In this document: in pieces, positions 1 to 13,630 of the stretch
Numbering within the stretch: position 1 is the stretch's first letter
Layout of the letters: each line of letters begins with the position of its first letter
Made by a program: the position numbers and the translations under genes
Notes under the pieces: model-generated
Seen by the model: the letters and a program-made list of their open reading frames with translations, nothing else
Database searches by the model: none
Told to the model about the DNA's origin: nothing
Source of the DNA: Batkoa obscura
Lineage: Eukaryota
Assembly: GCA_030770535.1 (NCBI GenBank)
Contig: JASVEC010000012.1
Location: forward strand, 496,001-560,000
Direction: 5' to 3'
Length of the DNA stretch: 64,000 bases

Positions 1-3000
1 TTAATAATATATTATTAATACCAGCAAACATTTTTTTAAAATGTTTTTGAATTCTTAATATATCTTTACTATTTCCAATAATTTCTAATAAATCTTCGTC
101 ACCTACAAAATAAAATCGTGGAAAAGAAGATCTTTCTTTTTCTAAATATTCACCTAATGCCTTTTGAATTTTACTCAATAAATCTTTTAATCTTTCTAAT
201 GATTTTTGAATATTTGGTATATTTAATACATCTAAAACAAAAGGAGATTTATATACTTTTTTCATAGCTGTTAAAAATTCGGCATTAATATTTTGAAATC
301 TTGAAGTTTCCATTGGTAATAAATGTTTAATATCTGCTGAACCTGAAAATATACCTTCAAGATAAACCCATTGACGTTGTACATCAATCCAAACGTCAAA
401 GAAAAGTACATAAATTCGGTTTAATTTGTCTTCCCAAGCTGAAGCTTCTTCTTCAAACACTTTATAATAAGGGGACATTTTCATAGCTGTTAATGAATTT
501 AAATTTTCACTACATTTTGTCATCATATCATCCCACCCTTTAATTAATCGACATTTATTTTGATAATTTACTAATTCTAATGTATAACTACTCCATGTTT
601 CTTTAACTTGTTTAATGAATTCTTCTAAAGCCATTTCTCCTTGAGCAACTATTATAATTTCTCTAGCAATAACTTCATTCTTATCCAAATCCATATCCCA
701 AATATTACCTAAAGTCATTTCTGATAAAAAGAATTTACCTTCACAATCAAGTTGTTTAAATAATTGTCTCCAATGACGTTCACGTAAAGCATCTGATTTT
801 AATTCAGTTAATATAGTATTAACTTTTAAATAACTATTTAATAAATCAATTATATAACTATAAGCTGGATATTGATGAATTCTAGGTGGTAATTTTCTAG
901 CTTCAGAAACACATTCTTCAATTTGTAATCGAATTTTTCTAGGAACAACAGAAGCCCAAGTATTATCACGTAACATATAAATAGATTGCCAGATACCAGT
1001 TAATGCATTCCATACGGATTTAAGATCACCAAGCTCTTCTAATACTGGGCTTAATCGATCATTTAAAGTGACATCTAATTTCAATGCCTTCTTTGCTGAA
1101 TAAACTTGATCATATTCTTCTTTTAATCGAGTAAGACGACCTTCAAATATATTTAATGTATTAATAGCAATATCTGGTTTAATATCTCCTGCTTTAGGTA
1201 TATCTTTATTCCATTCAATAATTAAATTAGTAATTTTATCCTCAACAATTTTATCTTGGGCAATAATTTTCATTTGTAATCCAGCTACTTGTTCTTGAAT
1301 TGAATTGTTTTTACGTGCTAAAATTTCATTAAAGGCACTCCATTCTCCTTCTACTTGGTCAACATATAACCAATCCGATGGAAATTGATATCTTTGACGT
1401 TCCAATGTTTTTTGTCCATGTCTATAAAGTTCAATATCAGCACTCCATTGTTCTACTTTTAATTTAATATCTTCAACAAAAGTAATAAAAGTAACTACTT
1501 CGGAAGTAGCATTAGTATCTAATGAAAACCTTTCTAAACCAGCACGTGCTTTTGATACTTGTACATTAAATTCTTTCATTGAATTACCAAGTTTAATACC
1601 AAATTCTTTTAAGATTTCCTTTTGCCAAGAATCATATTTGGAATTGACTTTACTTTGAACTTGTTCATAATCTACAATAATTGGTCCAAAATTCTTTTCA
1701 GTTTCTGAATTATCAAAAGTTGCTCTTGCTTTTTTAATTTCAATTAAAATTTGTTGCCATTGAAATAAATCATCACCAAGTTTAGTATAAACAATTTCTG
1801 GTTCTAAATCCCAAAGTGATTGATATTGTAACCAAATTTTAACGTAATCAGAAACTTCTTTAATTTTACTTTCAATCTTTTCATAAGCTGAAGTTAATGC
1901 ATCATCATCTAAATCTTTAATAATAGACATGTAAGTTAAATCCCTTGGATCTTCAGATTCTTCACCAATGTTAAATTCATAACGAGAACTCTGTAATTTA
2001 GGTAAAGAACATACAATTGATATCCAATTGGATAATTGTTTATACCAATTTTCACGTGCATCTTCAATAGGTGGGTCCAAATGCATAATTTGATCACGAA
2101 TTAAAATTTCATGAATTAAAGATTGAATATTAGGTTGATATTCTATCTTTTGATTGGCTTCTTTATCATTTGAATTAATTGATTTATCTAAATTTCTACG
2201 TTTAATTGTTAATAAAGATTTAGATTCTAATGAATTATTGTTATTAGAATCATTGATCTTCAAAAAGGCATTAGTCCAAGCACGTAATGCTTTTTGTAAT
2301 CGGATTAATAAAACATCTTTAACTTGAGTATCTAAATACTCTACCCATTGGTCTAAATTACTATAAGATTCAAAATTCAATTGGTCAATTATTTTTTGAA
2401 TTAACTTTAAATTAGATAACAAATCTTCATGAGTAAATGGACAGCTTTGTAATGAATTAAGTATCTCTTTAATTTCATTATCAATTTTCAAAACCGCATC
2501 CATTTTAGTTTGAAAAGTAAATATTAAACTAGAAAAATCTTGAATAAAATCATTATGTCGTGTTTCTGAGTGAGCAAATTCACCACCCGAGAATACTATA
2601 CGATTATCGTATTGATTAACTAAATAATCCCAACGTAAAGCTATACCTTGTGTAATTAAATCTTGTACTTCTTTATAATAAGAAGCAACAAGCATAGATA
2701 CCTCTGGATGACTCTCATATTTATCAACTACTTGTGTATAAGTCCTTACAGATTCAATTAAACTAATAGCAAATGGATAGATACGTTTCACATCACTAGC
2801 TAAATTACGAATGGTATAAGGTACTTTAAAACCAAGCCATAATAAATTACGACATTCTTTAAATAAAGTAATAATTTGGTTATCAAAATTAATAGCAAGG
2901 GAATATGAATTATTTTGAGCGCGATTTCGAATAATAGAAAAGATGTTACCAGAAATTTTATGATTTCTTGATGCTATCTCATCTTGCCACATTTCAAAGA

Positions 3001-5149
3001 TTTGTCTCGTATTCAATTTCTTTTTAAAACTAGAACTTTCTGATTCTAGTTTTTGACCATCTGCATACATCTCCCATCCTTTACCCAATACATCTTCTAC
3101 TCTCTTCATATACATCGATAACTGACGATCAATTTGTTTGACCCAAATAATGGTACCCGAAATGGGCGGAATATCACGTAATTGGCTCATATGATGAGCT
3201 TGAGAATTTCTATATTGAACTTTAAATTTCTCGTGTAAAGCTTGGATATCTTTTTTAACACTCTCAATTAATTGAGTTTGATATTCTTGAATAGCACCAC
3301 GAATTTTGGGACGTACAAATAAAGCATTAAATTTTGAAAATACTCGAAACATTTCATTAGCGTTTTTGGCAGCACCAAGTAAATTACGTAATTTAATAAT
3401 GATTTGATTTTCAACTCGAGATATCTTTTCATTATAATTGGTTTCAGCAACGACCCAAACTTCAGTTCCCTCGGGTGTAATATCTAATATATCGATATGT
3501 TTGATATTTTCATAAGCTAATCTTACCTCCTCAACCGCATTTAAATCACTTACAGTGACATTATCAGCTTCATTAGATCCCTTTCTATTTTGAGATGGTC
3601 TTGCCATTACCTTATCAATAGTAGATTGAAGTTGATCATGTTGTTTTCTAAATAATTGAATAAATGATAGTCTTTCTTGAAGTTTTTGATGAGCTGGTTC
3701 TAATTTAAAATAGAAAAACTTTTCACCACGTTTTCTAGTAAGATCTCTAGCTAAGGTCGAATATTCTCTAGCTAAATCTTCCCAATTGGAAAATAAGCGT
3801 TCAACACTACGCATAATCGAATCAAATTCATGATAATCAATATACATCAACCGACGTGTATTTAAAATTTTGGTCAATTGTTGAGTTAAATCTCTGGAGA
3901 TAGCTTCCATAAAGGCAATCGAACGACGAATAGGATAAGATGAATTTCTCAATTTTTTATGTAAATGAGAATGTACTTGAACAAAAGCATCTGTTAAACG
4001 ATCTACATCTGGAGCTGATAAAAGATCACTAATAGGAAAATCTTTCATAATGGTATTATACTTCAATACAGTTTCTAAAGCTTCTTGAAGCCCAGTATCA
4101 GCATGGAAACTAACAGTAGCATGGAAACGTTTAGCATGTTTAAGAATTTCCAAGGTAAGGATGATAGCATCACTTCTAAGCTCCACATCAATACGGTCTA
4201 AGGCTCTTTCCATACTTAACCAAAAATTAATCTCTTGAAGCGCGGAACCAGTCGAAGGGTCTCTAGTAAGTTTGGTGACTTTTTGAATTTCTTTAATCCA
4301 ACGATTGACATCGGCTTGAAGTGCATTTAAAAATGAGGAATCTTGAAGTAGTTTACCATCAATGGTATCTACAGTAACCCTTTGGCCTTTATTCAAATTT
4401 TCTTCAACTGCCTTTTGAATCACTGGGTGGATCACTAAAGTTATATCGGGTATCTCAACATTTTGTTGAAGATGTAATAAAGAAAGTTCAAGTTCGGCGA
4501 TTTTTTTCTTAGCTGCTGGTACTCCCATACTTGAGTTTTCATCTCTTTTATTAGCTTGGATATCTGTTGAGGTTCCTAACTTAGCATTTGTAAATGCGTT
4601 GAAATAAGGACTAACTGCATGATGAATATAAGCATGAAGTGCTTCATAAGGTGAAATAGAGTCGGAATTTGGACCAGGTAAATTAATAAATTGAATCTGG
4701 TTTTGAAGTGGTTTAGTTTGGTCTAATACAGATACCCTTTTAATTAAAGCAATACAAGCAACTATACCAGTACGATATTCCACTTCAAGTTTAAGGGAAT
4801 ATAAAAAGCCAGAGGTTTCATCTAGTTAAGATTATAAGCATTTTTGATTTAAAAAAATAAAAAATAAAAAGTAAAAAATACCTGAGGCGTCTAAACCTAA
4901 TTTTTCTTTCAATATATACATCACTGAAGTTTGAGAGTCTGTTGAAAACTTTAAACAATTTTCAATAGTTTCTGGAAACTCTAATAGAGAAGTTTCAATA
5001 TCCGCTTGTTTTGAGTCTAAAGTTAATGGCAGTAATTGACAGATAAAATCAATTAAAATTTGATAATCATAATTATTAAGATCTACTACCACTTCAGTTG
5101 AAATTGGACTCCCTATATCAATAGGTGATTTGGTACTCTCTTCTTCCAT
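1..5149 (-). CDS. DYN1: Cytoplasmic dynein heavy chain, N-terminal tail/linker part; partial, continues off the left edge
   Basis: ATG 5149, one 60-nt GT-AG intron (4822-4881), then an open frame to position 1 (missed by the ORF track). Motifs PYEALHAYIHHAVSPYF, EINFWLSMEKAL, WIDVQRQWVYLEGIF, ERSSFPRFYFVGDEDLLEIIGNS. Confidence 0.97.
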
Positions 5150-6759
5150 GTTTTTTTTCTGTGTTTAAAAAGTTTTTTGTTGGAAAAAGTTTATGTGGTT
5201 TTTTTGGAAAAAAAGTAATTGAAAATTTGTCCGATAAAAATTTTACAATTTACTACGCGTCACTGAAAGTGGTAATTAGAGTTTTCTTAACCAATTAAAA
5301 TTGTACATGGTTTCCAGAGTTGAATTTCCTAGTTTTAATTTTGTATTTTATAAAAATAAAATATCGACATTTATGTCCTTTGAACTCTTTTGTTTTAACC
5401 TTATGTCATTTCTGTTTAGCCTTTACTTTAACGCTAACTATTTTGATAAATAAGCTTTTAAATATTCTAGTTTTATTAAATATTTTTGTTTTTGGCATAT
5501 TTTACAATTTTTAAAAATGTGTCTATTTATTGAATTTTAATACTGAGAGATGCTGGTATTAAGCACTATGTTACTGAAAATTATAAGCATATAAATTCTT
5601 TTCTTTCTGAGATAATACACTTTAAAGTTCCAACTCTTTAAGGTTTACAGAAAAAACCATATGGGTATGTTTTTTATTTAAGGGTTCGGCTAGCGAATGT
5701 TTTAGATTTTAAACTGCTTTAAAAGTGAACAAAATACTAGAATGGAAAATACTTTATATAAACTATATAAACTATATAAATTTTATAAATTTTATGAAAA
5801 CATTTTTATTTCGTTATTTTGCCCATTTTCTATTCAGCATAAAATTTAAAATTATTATCAGTTAAATATCAAAAAGCATTTACCTAGGTTAAAATTTCTC
5901 AAAAAAGCAACTACACTCAGTATTCATGTTTAATTAATACTTTGAAATAATCATACTCGAAAAATAGTTGAACCTTGGACTTAAACTAATCTATTTTAAC
6001 AATATTTTTAAACTAACTCTTATTGTATCTTTAGCATTTAAATGCTCTTCAGTAAAAATAGGGTAGTTTTTCTAAATTTAACAATTTTCAGAATTTTTTT
6101 CAATTTATAAACTGACTCTCTTGATTAAAGTTTATAAAAACATCCGACAAAATATCTAGTCATTTATAAAGGTTATGTTAAACTTTTTAAAGTCTAAACT
6201 TTTATTTTTAGTTCATATTAACTTTACTTAATTTGTTTAATAAGTTAACGATACAAAGTATTTTACTATCTACGATTTACAGTTGGAGTAGATTTACAGT
6301 TTTTTTATAAATTTTTGGTTTTAATATAATAGTTTACAAACTATTACTTTAATCAAATTAATAATATTTTTGCTAACACAATAACTAAACTAACATAAGA
6401 TTAACTAGCTTTATGTTATTGTAGTAAAAAAAACATATCAAACACAAAAATCAAACATATGACATGACTAACGTATGTCTTAGAAAATTTACTATTTTAT
6501 AGAAGTTAATTTGTTGATATAAATCAGAAAAGTAAATAAAATACGGATACCTTTATAGAATAGACTATAGATATCCTCTGATAGTCTGTTAAAATGGGTA
6601 TAATTTTAGCTTCTTACTTTATATTATATTTGAAGATTGAACATCTAGAAAATACAATAAAATCAGTCAAAATACATTTAATAGTAATAGTAGTATTAAC
6701 CGTTTTATCATACTAATTTAAAATACATTTCTTTATTTGATATATATAAAATCAAATGA

Positions 6760-7167
6760 TCTATAGTTACAAGCCAGTTTTTTATTGATTAAATTGAACC
6801 TAAATGTATAAAATGATCCTATTCCGTATATTTATTAATCAAGATCTTTTTTAGTGTAAGTTTATTATTCGCTATATTTCAATAACAACAAATAGATTAA
6901 ACTTAGCATATAGACTCAACGGGCATTTCTATCCCAAACTTAAGGTAATTATTTATTAATATTAAGGCCTCAAATTAATATCGATAGTGTAAATAAATTT
7001 TTTACAAGTACAGTGATGTAAATAAAGATAGTTATTTTGATTTGACTATATCTTTGAGCTACGCTTCAAACTCTCTCTCATTGATATATATTCCAAGTGG
7101 AACATTAGTATCAAAAGACATAGAACCAATTGGAATTATGGTAGGCAACTTAGCAGAAAATCATAAG
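6760..7167 (+). pseudogene. Degraded relic of an unknown gene, paralogous to the relic at 8160-9060 and ending at a MITE
   Basis: Fragments FDLTISLSYASN and YIPSGTLVSKDIEPIGIMVGNL align with FDLITPLSYTST and WVRNGAWVSEYIESNKIVVPKL near 8300-8420; stops and frameshifts; boundaries approximate. Confidence 0.4.
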
Positions 7168-7169
7168 AT

Positions 7170-7268
7170 GAGGATGTATTTTTTTGTTCAAGAATTTTAC
7201 TAACAATCTTTCCGCTCAAATAGCGCTTAAAAGATGGAAAAAGTAATGAAACCAAAAAAGATACCCCC
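7170..7268 (+). mobile_element. ~97-bp MITE, copy A
   Basis: GAGGATGTATTTTT...CCAAAAAAGATACCCCC with the family core AAGAATTTTACTAACAATCTTTCCGCTCAAATAGCGCTTAAA; flanks AGAT/ATTT do not match. Confidence 0.85.
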
Positions 7269-8159
7269 ATTTTATTTATTTTATTCTCAAATAACTTTTT
7301 TTAACTGTATATTAAGCATATATCTTATATAAATCTGTTTTTCTTATTGTATTTTTAAAACTTAAAAATTAATCCAAATCTTAAGTTTTTAAAATTATAA
7401 ATTCTGAAACCAATTCGAACATCCCCATATATAAGAAAGTACTTTTCTTATTTGAAAAAATACAAAAAAAAGAGTAGAAAGTATATATAAATATACACTA
7501 CTTATATCGGAATTTTGCTTAAAACTTTATTTATTGAAATTCTTAATAGCAAACTTTGTTAGTAAACACTTGACTTTTTTGCACCAATGTAAATATTAGG
7601 TTATATAAAAAAATAGTTTATGTAGTTATTTTTTTAAATTAATAGTTTAACTAATTCAATATTTTACTATAAATAGTGTTTTTTATTATATATTTTTACA
7701 TATATTATGTAGATATAAGGTCTCGAAATGTTGAATAAAATCGAAAAAATAAATTTGACGCTAAACATATTTGAACTTTCTATAATACAATTAACATGAA
7801 ACTTATATAACAAAATATGAGATATTTATTATTAAATTTTATTATTTTGAATCTTGTTGATTTGTTTTTTACAGTATTATAATACTATAAAAACACCTAT
7901 ATTATCCGCTTCATTTTTTTGTTTTTTTGAAAGGTACGAAAACTGGTTTCCACCGATTGTATATTTTGTTCTTTATACCTGGTGTTTAATACCAACACAA
8001 AAAGCCAAGGAAATCATGGATTACGCTATTTATTTGCTACCCTTGTAAAGGCAAGGTACTTGATATAAAATGCTATAAATTCTCATTTAATATAGTCGAA
8101 ATTTAAAACAAATATTTCAAGGGTGTAAAAAAACCATATGAAGATATAATTGTAAAACT

Positions 8160-9060
8160 CTTAGCATTTAACTAGTATTTGTGTTTATCATTTTGATCCT
8201 TCATGCCTAAAATGAATTTGCTATATGTTTTATTCACATTGAACTTTATGATGCAAATGAAAACTATTATAAATGAAATGATACAAATCAAAGCGATCAG
8301 TTTGATCTAATTACTCCTTTAAGCTACACATCCACTTTCATTTAGTCTTATGGGTTCGAAACGGTGCCTGGGTATCTGAATACATAGAGTCGAATAAAAT
8401 TGTAGTGCCAAAGCTAATTCAAAGGTATGGTATGGTATGGTGATTATGCTCATTCATTACTGTTTAGTTCAAAAATAGAGAGATAATAAAACTTGACATC
8501 TTACCCATATTAAGAGCACCTTAAGTATTGTTTTTTATCAACTTTCCATTGGATAGTTATAATTTGAAAGATAATAAGATATTTGCTGATAGTTACCAGT
8601 TGGTGGGCAGTTATGCTTTAATAATGTTAAATACTACTTAATCCATTTGGAATAAAATTCATTAAGATGAGTTTAATAACCTATTAAATCAAATCAAAGG
8701 TATGATTCAATTTGAGGCACTTTTGATATCAAAGTATTAGTTCAACAAAATATCCCATATAGTTATCAATTTATTGAAGTAGCTTTCAATAGCAATGAAG
8801 TAAATGTATTTAAGGGAGTATCTGTACAGCATAATATAACTTATAATTTATTAAATATAGATTTAATAAATTTTGCTGTCAGTATTTATTTATTAATTTT
8901 ACCTATATACTTACTTTTGTTGATTTACAATAAGCAGTTGTGTTTGTAAAATATTTAGGTAGCATTAGAATAAAGCAAGAGAATACCGATCATGACGAAT
9001 TCATGCAACATGGTCAAATCCTTATTTATACTGAAGCACAATATGACATCAGTAAAATTA
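8160..9060 (+). pseudogene. Degraded relic of an unknown membrane-protein gene
   Basis: Protein-like frames broken by TAA stops and frameshifts (NTT*SIWNKIH*DEFNNLL; about 75 open codons ending in hydrophobic FAVSIYLLILPIYLLLLIYNK); boundaries approximate. Confidence 0.45.
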
Positions 9061-9229
9061 TCCTAAACTAAAAACATCAGTTTAATCCTAGCTCTACAAC
9101 CCACCTCTAATATTGTAATTCAACTAAAAGTCTTACAGGCCCATCAAGTCAAAATCATTAACTAAAATATAATATAAAGTTTTATTTAAATAATATAACA
9201 AATCCTTTTCAAAGCAACAACTTAGTATT

Positions 9230-9466
9230 TTACAATAATAAAGCATAGACTAAACCAAAAGCAAGGAAAGCATCAGTGACGGTCCAGCTAAATTTTTCTT
9301 CTTCACCATCTGGTATTTTCTCTTCCTTTTCTTCGGCTTTTAATTCGGCACCTCTTTCCATATGAAGGCTAGCGAGCTCTTGTAGATTTAAATGACTTGA
9401 AGAGGTAGCTTCGGTATCATATAGGGATAGTGGGAATGGATTGGTAGTGGTGGCGGTGGACATCAT
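9230..9466 (-). CDS. Small 78-aa hypothetical protein with a C-terminal hydrophobic segment (tail-anchor-like)
   Basis: GC-richer than flanks, AAAAATGATG start context, TATAAATA about 110 nt upstream on the minus strand, ends AFLAFGLVYALLL. Confidence 0.65.
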   Translation of the reverse strand: MMSTATTTNPFPLSLYDTEATSSSHLNLQELASLHMERGAELKAEEKEEKIPDGEEEKFSWTVTDAFLAFGLVYALLL

Positions 9467-9912
9467 TTTTTAATATTTGTTTTTGTAATAATAACAATAA
9501 TTGTAACGGAATAAATTAAAGCTTAATTTCTTTCTTTTTTGTAAAAAATAAATTTGAAGTGAAAGAAGATGGAGTATTTATACTTTTTGTGAAACTTTCT
9601 TTCTTAAAGCAAACTAAAATCCCCTGTTTGTCTTTTTTCTCACGCTTGGTTAGCTAGAGCGAGTTTTTATGCATCCCTGAACTTGTGATTTATAATTTCC
9701 CAAGTTTTATATTGCCAATAAGATTCTTACATACCTGATTCAAATTAAACCGATTGGTTTGCCACTATCGGTTACTCTTTTACTGAAATATACTGATAAG
9801 ACCGAACGATTTTTAGATAATGGATCCATTTACCATACTTTTGGGAAATTATTCCTGAATAGAGTGATAGCTTTTAGCTTAAGTTCTGTTCTTTTGGGGT
9901 TATTGAAAGCTA

Positions 9913-10130
9913 TTTTTCGCATCCAAAATAAAGAGCAAACTCAAAGAATTACCGTTTTTAGCCCAAAATAATGTATTAAAAGTTAAAAATAGACTATGGT
10001 TTTTAGCCCAAAACAAATTATTCTAAATTAGCAAAGCACCACGATTTTCACTCCAAAACAAAAAATAAATAAAAACGCTCATTTTATCCCAAAACAATGA
10101 TTAAAAAACAGTTACTTTTAGCCCAAAACA
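9913..10130 (+). repeat. Spaced array of a TTTTAGCCCAAAA(C/T)A motif
   Basis: Copies starting near 9913 (degenerate), 9955, 10000, 10045, 10082, 10116, separated by non-repeating AT-rich spacers. Confidence 0.7.
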
Positions 10131-10209
10131 ATAAATTAAAAATGATTATTTTAACTCGAGTTAAAAAATTTAATTTTAAAAAACAATTTATTCTTTTTCA
10201 ATAACTCTC

Positions 10210-13200
10210 CTAATACCAAGCATCATTTAGTTTTTTATTACGTACCTAACAATAAAATTAATAAAACATTCAAAATTTTTAGCAAAAGCACTTACCATAG
10301 GAGAAGTAAAAAAGATAGCTACTGAAAGCAAAAGAATTGTAGCTAATAAACTAACTTTTGAAAAATCTTCTTTAAGTAAATCGAATTGCATATTAGGTGA
10401 ATAAACTGAAAAAAAGAGATCTAAACCATAGGAAAACAATAAAGTAGTCGATTCAAAGTTACTTGCTACTGAGAGCGTCTTTTTAATACCTGATACCTAA
10501 TAAATTATTTTTATATAAATATAAATATATAATACCATAACATATAGTATTACCTCTAAACCATAAGATATCACTTTCTTTTCGTTCATTCTTATGATGG
10601 GTTGATATAGCATTGTATTAAATTGATTCTCTTCCTTTTTGATTACTCGAAGTGCGTTTAATTCATCCAATGAGATTGAAATTATATGATTATTAGGTTC
10701 GATTGAAGCTAATATAAATAAATAAATAAATAAATACATTTGAGTACATATAAATTATGACTTACCTATCAATTCTTTATCTGTTATACCATTCAATGTA
10801 TTAGTGATACATAAAGAAGTAATATTATGTGGGAAAACATAAGAATTAGAAGCAACATAAGGTAAATTTATATCAAATGATGAGATAGTATCATTACTAA
10901 AATATATAAAATATAACGTAAATAACGCAATACAATAAAATAATATAAAACTTACTTTACATGTTTAACATCGGGTAAATGAGACGTAAACAATTCAATT
11001 ACATTAAAATTAAAATTCTTATTTTCTATATTAAAATAATGATAAACAAATTGGTTTTCAAATAATAATAATTGGATTTGGTTATTATAAACATTTTTAT
11101 GCTCTACTTGATATAATTGTTTTCCTGTAATTGAATCAATCAAATAAATAAAACTATTATTCTCTTTATTAATATTTTTAGTAATAATAATTAATAAATT
11201 ATTATTTAAATATTTATACATTACTCGACGATCACTTAAGATTCTACCCATTGAATTCATTTTGTTAACACTTAATTCATTGTGTAATACTTGTACAATA
11301 ATTTGATCTTTAAATTCTAATTTGTAATTCTTTTCTATCTTTTTATTGTTACTATAATCAATTGAATATCCTGATACTGAATTCTTGTTATGATAATATG
11401 AATAATAAATGTCACTTATATCATTGTCATTATTGTTGGGTATTAACGTGATATTATTGCTATTAATATTAATAATACTAAGATAGTTACATAAATGTGT
11501 TGGTTCCATAGCGGGCAATAAATTCAACTCAAATTCAACATTTTTTTCTTCATTAAAAATAACTTCATTATTAATAATACTTCCAGTAAATCCATTGATA
11601 CGATATAATGTTAATATTCTATTACTATCTTTAATATGTTCTGTAACAATACCGATGATGGGTGGTAATTTAATACTGGATTCTCTCAATATATATAATT
11701 CAACAATATTTTGATTATGAATAAATTTAGTCCATTTAATCTGCCCGTTTTTAGTTTCGATTGCATACATTTTATTAAATTCATTCACTGCAATGATTAA
11801 TTTATTAATTCCTAATTTATCCATAACAATCACATCTTTTTTATCATTATTATTGTTATTACTAAAATAAGTTATTACGTTCATTACAGTAACATACCAT
11901 CTGTTTATAAAATTAATAATAACATTATTGTTATTACTATTCATTATTTTGTTATGACTTAGTTCATTGCCATCTTCAATTGTAAACAAATGTTTCTCTG
12001 GTAAACTTAATACTTTGCTATATTTAATATAACTTAATCCTTCATTAAGATTCCATTGAGTGTGTAATTTATCATCCTTATAAATAACACTATTAATGCT
12101 TCCATCTTCTCTAGTTAATACTAATTCAATACTATTGTTGGTATTGTAAGCATACAAATTGATTAATCTTCCGAATTCTTCATATTTAAATATTTCGTCA
12201 ATTGCTATTTTGATAACATCTTTTGCTTTGTTTAAATAAATACTTTCTTTATCAAACGAAATTAAATTGACACTATCGTCAAAATAAAGTACTTGGGCAT
12301 TCTTATTATTATTATTATTGAATTCAAATTTATTAATTAAGTTCAACTTAGTTCCACTATGAATATTCAAATGATAAATAATTGTATTTTCATTAAATAG
12401 TACATAAATTTGATTATTTTCAATAAAAATGTTATTAATTATAATATCATTATCAATATTAATTGTATTTAATAATTGGTTTTGATTTAATAACTGAACA
12501 CTAATTTCCTTTTTATTATTCCATATAAAATAAATAGAATTATTAATGCTACTCAACTTGTATTTTATGTCATCTGAGCCTTGTTGTTTTACAATGACTT
12601 CATTGTCAATCACTTTTCCATTATCTTTATTCAATTTTAAATAATTGATTTGTTCGTTTGATTGGGATATTAAATAAATTATATCATTGTATCTAATCAT
12701 ATCCAATAGTTTACTATAGTTGTTGTAATAACGTTAGTATACTTAGTATAGCATAATGATAAAAAACATTTACCTTTCATTATCCTCATTATTAAACTTC
12801 CAATTCAATTTATGAAACCCAATTTTAACATTAAACAAAAACCTATTATTAATCAGTAACAGCATAATCTCGTCATCAATATGTATAGTAACATCATTGA
12901 TATTATTATTAAATGGAATCTTATAATTAAATAAAATATCTCCGCTATCTAAGTTTACTAATATAATATATTCTCTATTATTTTCTTCATTTTGAATACA
13001 TAAAACTAAAAATAAGTAAAATTAATGGTTAGTGTTAGAGTAGAAAAAACTTACTATCATTTTCAATCAATACATTTTTAACTGTTCCATATTGAAAATC
13101 CGTTCTTCTCCAAACTAAATATAATAAAGTTAAGTTCCAACATCTATTACAGTTATAACATAATAGCTTACTCAAATTCCCATTTGTATTATTTACTCTA

Positions 13201-13435
13201 CCGATGATGTTTTTTTCTGATAATATGATTTTGTCGTTTCGATAGTTAAATATTTGCTTTGGTACACCTACCGTCTTAATCTGCCTAAGATAATTTATTA
13301 AATCCTAACATACATTATAAATAAGATTTCAACTTACCAATCCTTAACACCAGCTTGATCAGAATAGATAGATGTCACCGTGCGGTTTAATAAAAATATC
13401 AAAAATAAAAATAATAGACTATTTTTAGCTATCAT
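10210..13435 (-). CDS. EMC1: ER membrane protein complex subunit 1 (multi-exon)
   Basis: Signal peptide then IYSDQAGVKDW; GRILSDRRVMYKYLNNNL; C-terminal FESTTLLFSYGLDLFF, FDLLKEDFSK, a TM helix and KKLNDAWY-stop. Confidence 0.93.
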
Positions 13436-13630
13436 TTTTTAATATTATTATACTATTTTATATTACAATAATAAAAAATTATAAAAATATTCAACTTTGT
13501 CATTCTTTGACTAAACTTTAGTTTATTGGCTTTATTTTCGAATTTCAATCTTATTGGACAAATTTTCACCCTCGATAATTTAAATTTTATTCCCAAAGCT
13601 AAACATCCAAAATATTAACTTTTTTATAAA

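Noticed and set aside
1..5149. Split dynein heavy chain as in some basidiomycetes
   Set aside because: The frame is still open at the window edge, so this cannot be assessed.
9913..10130. CRISPR array
   Set aside because: Repeats are only ~15 nt, degenerate and irregularly spaced; eukaryotic context with no cas genes.
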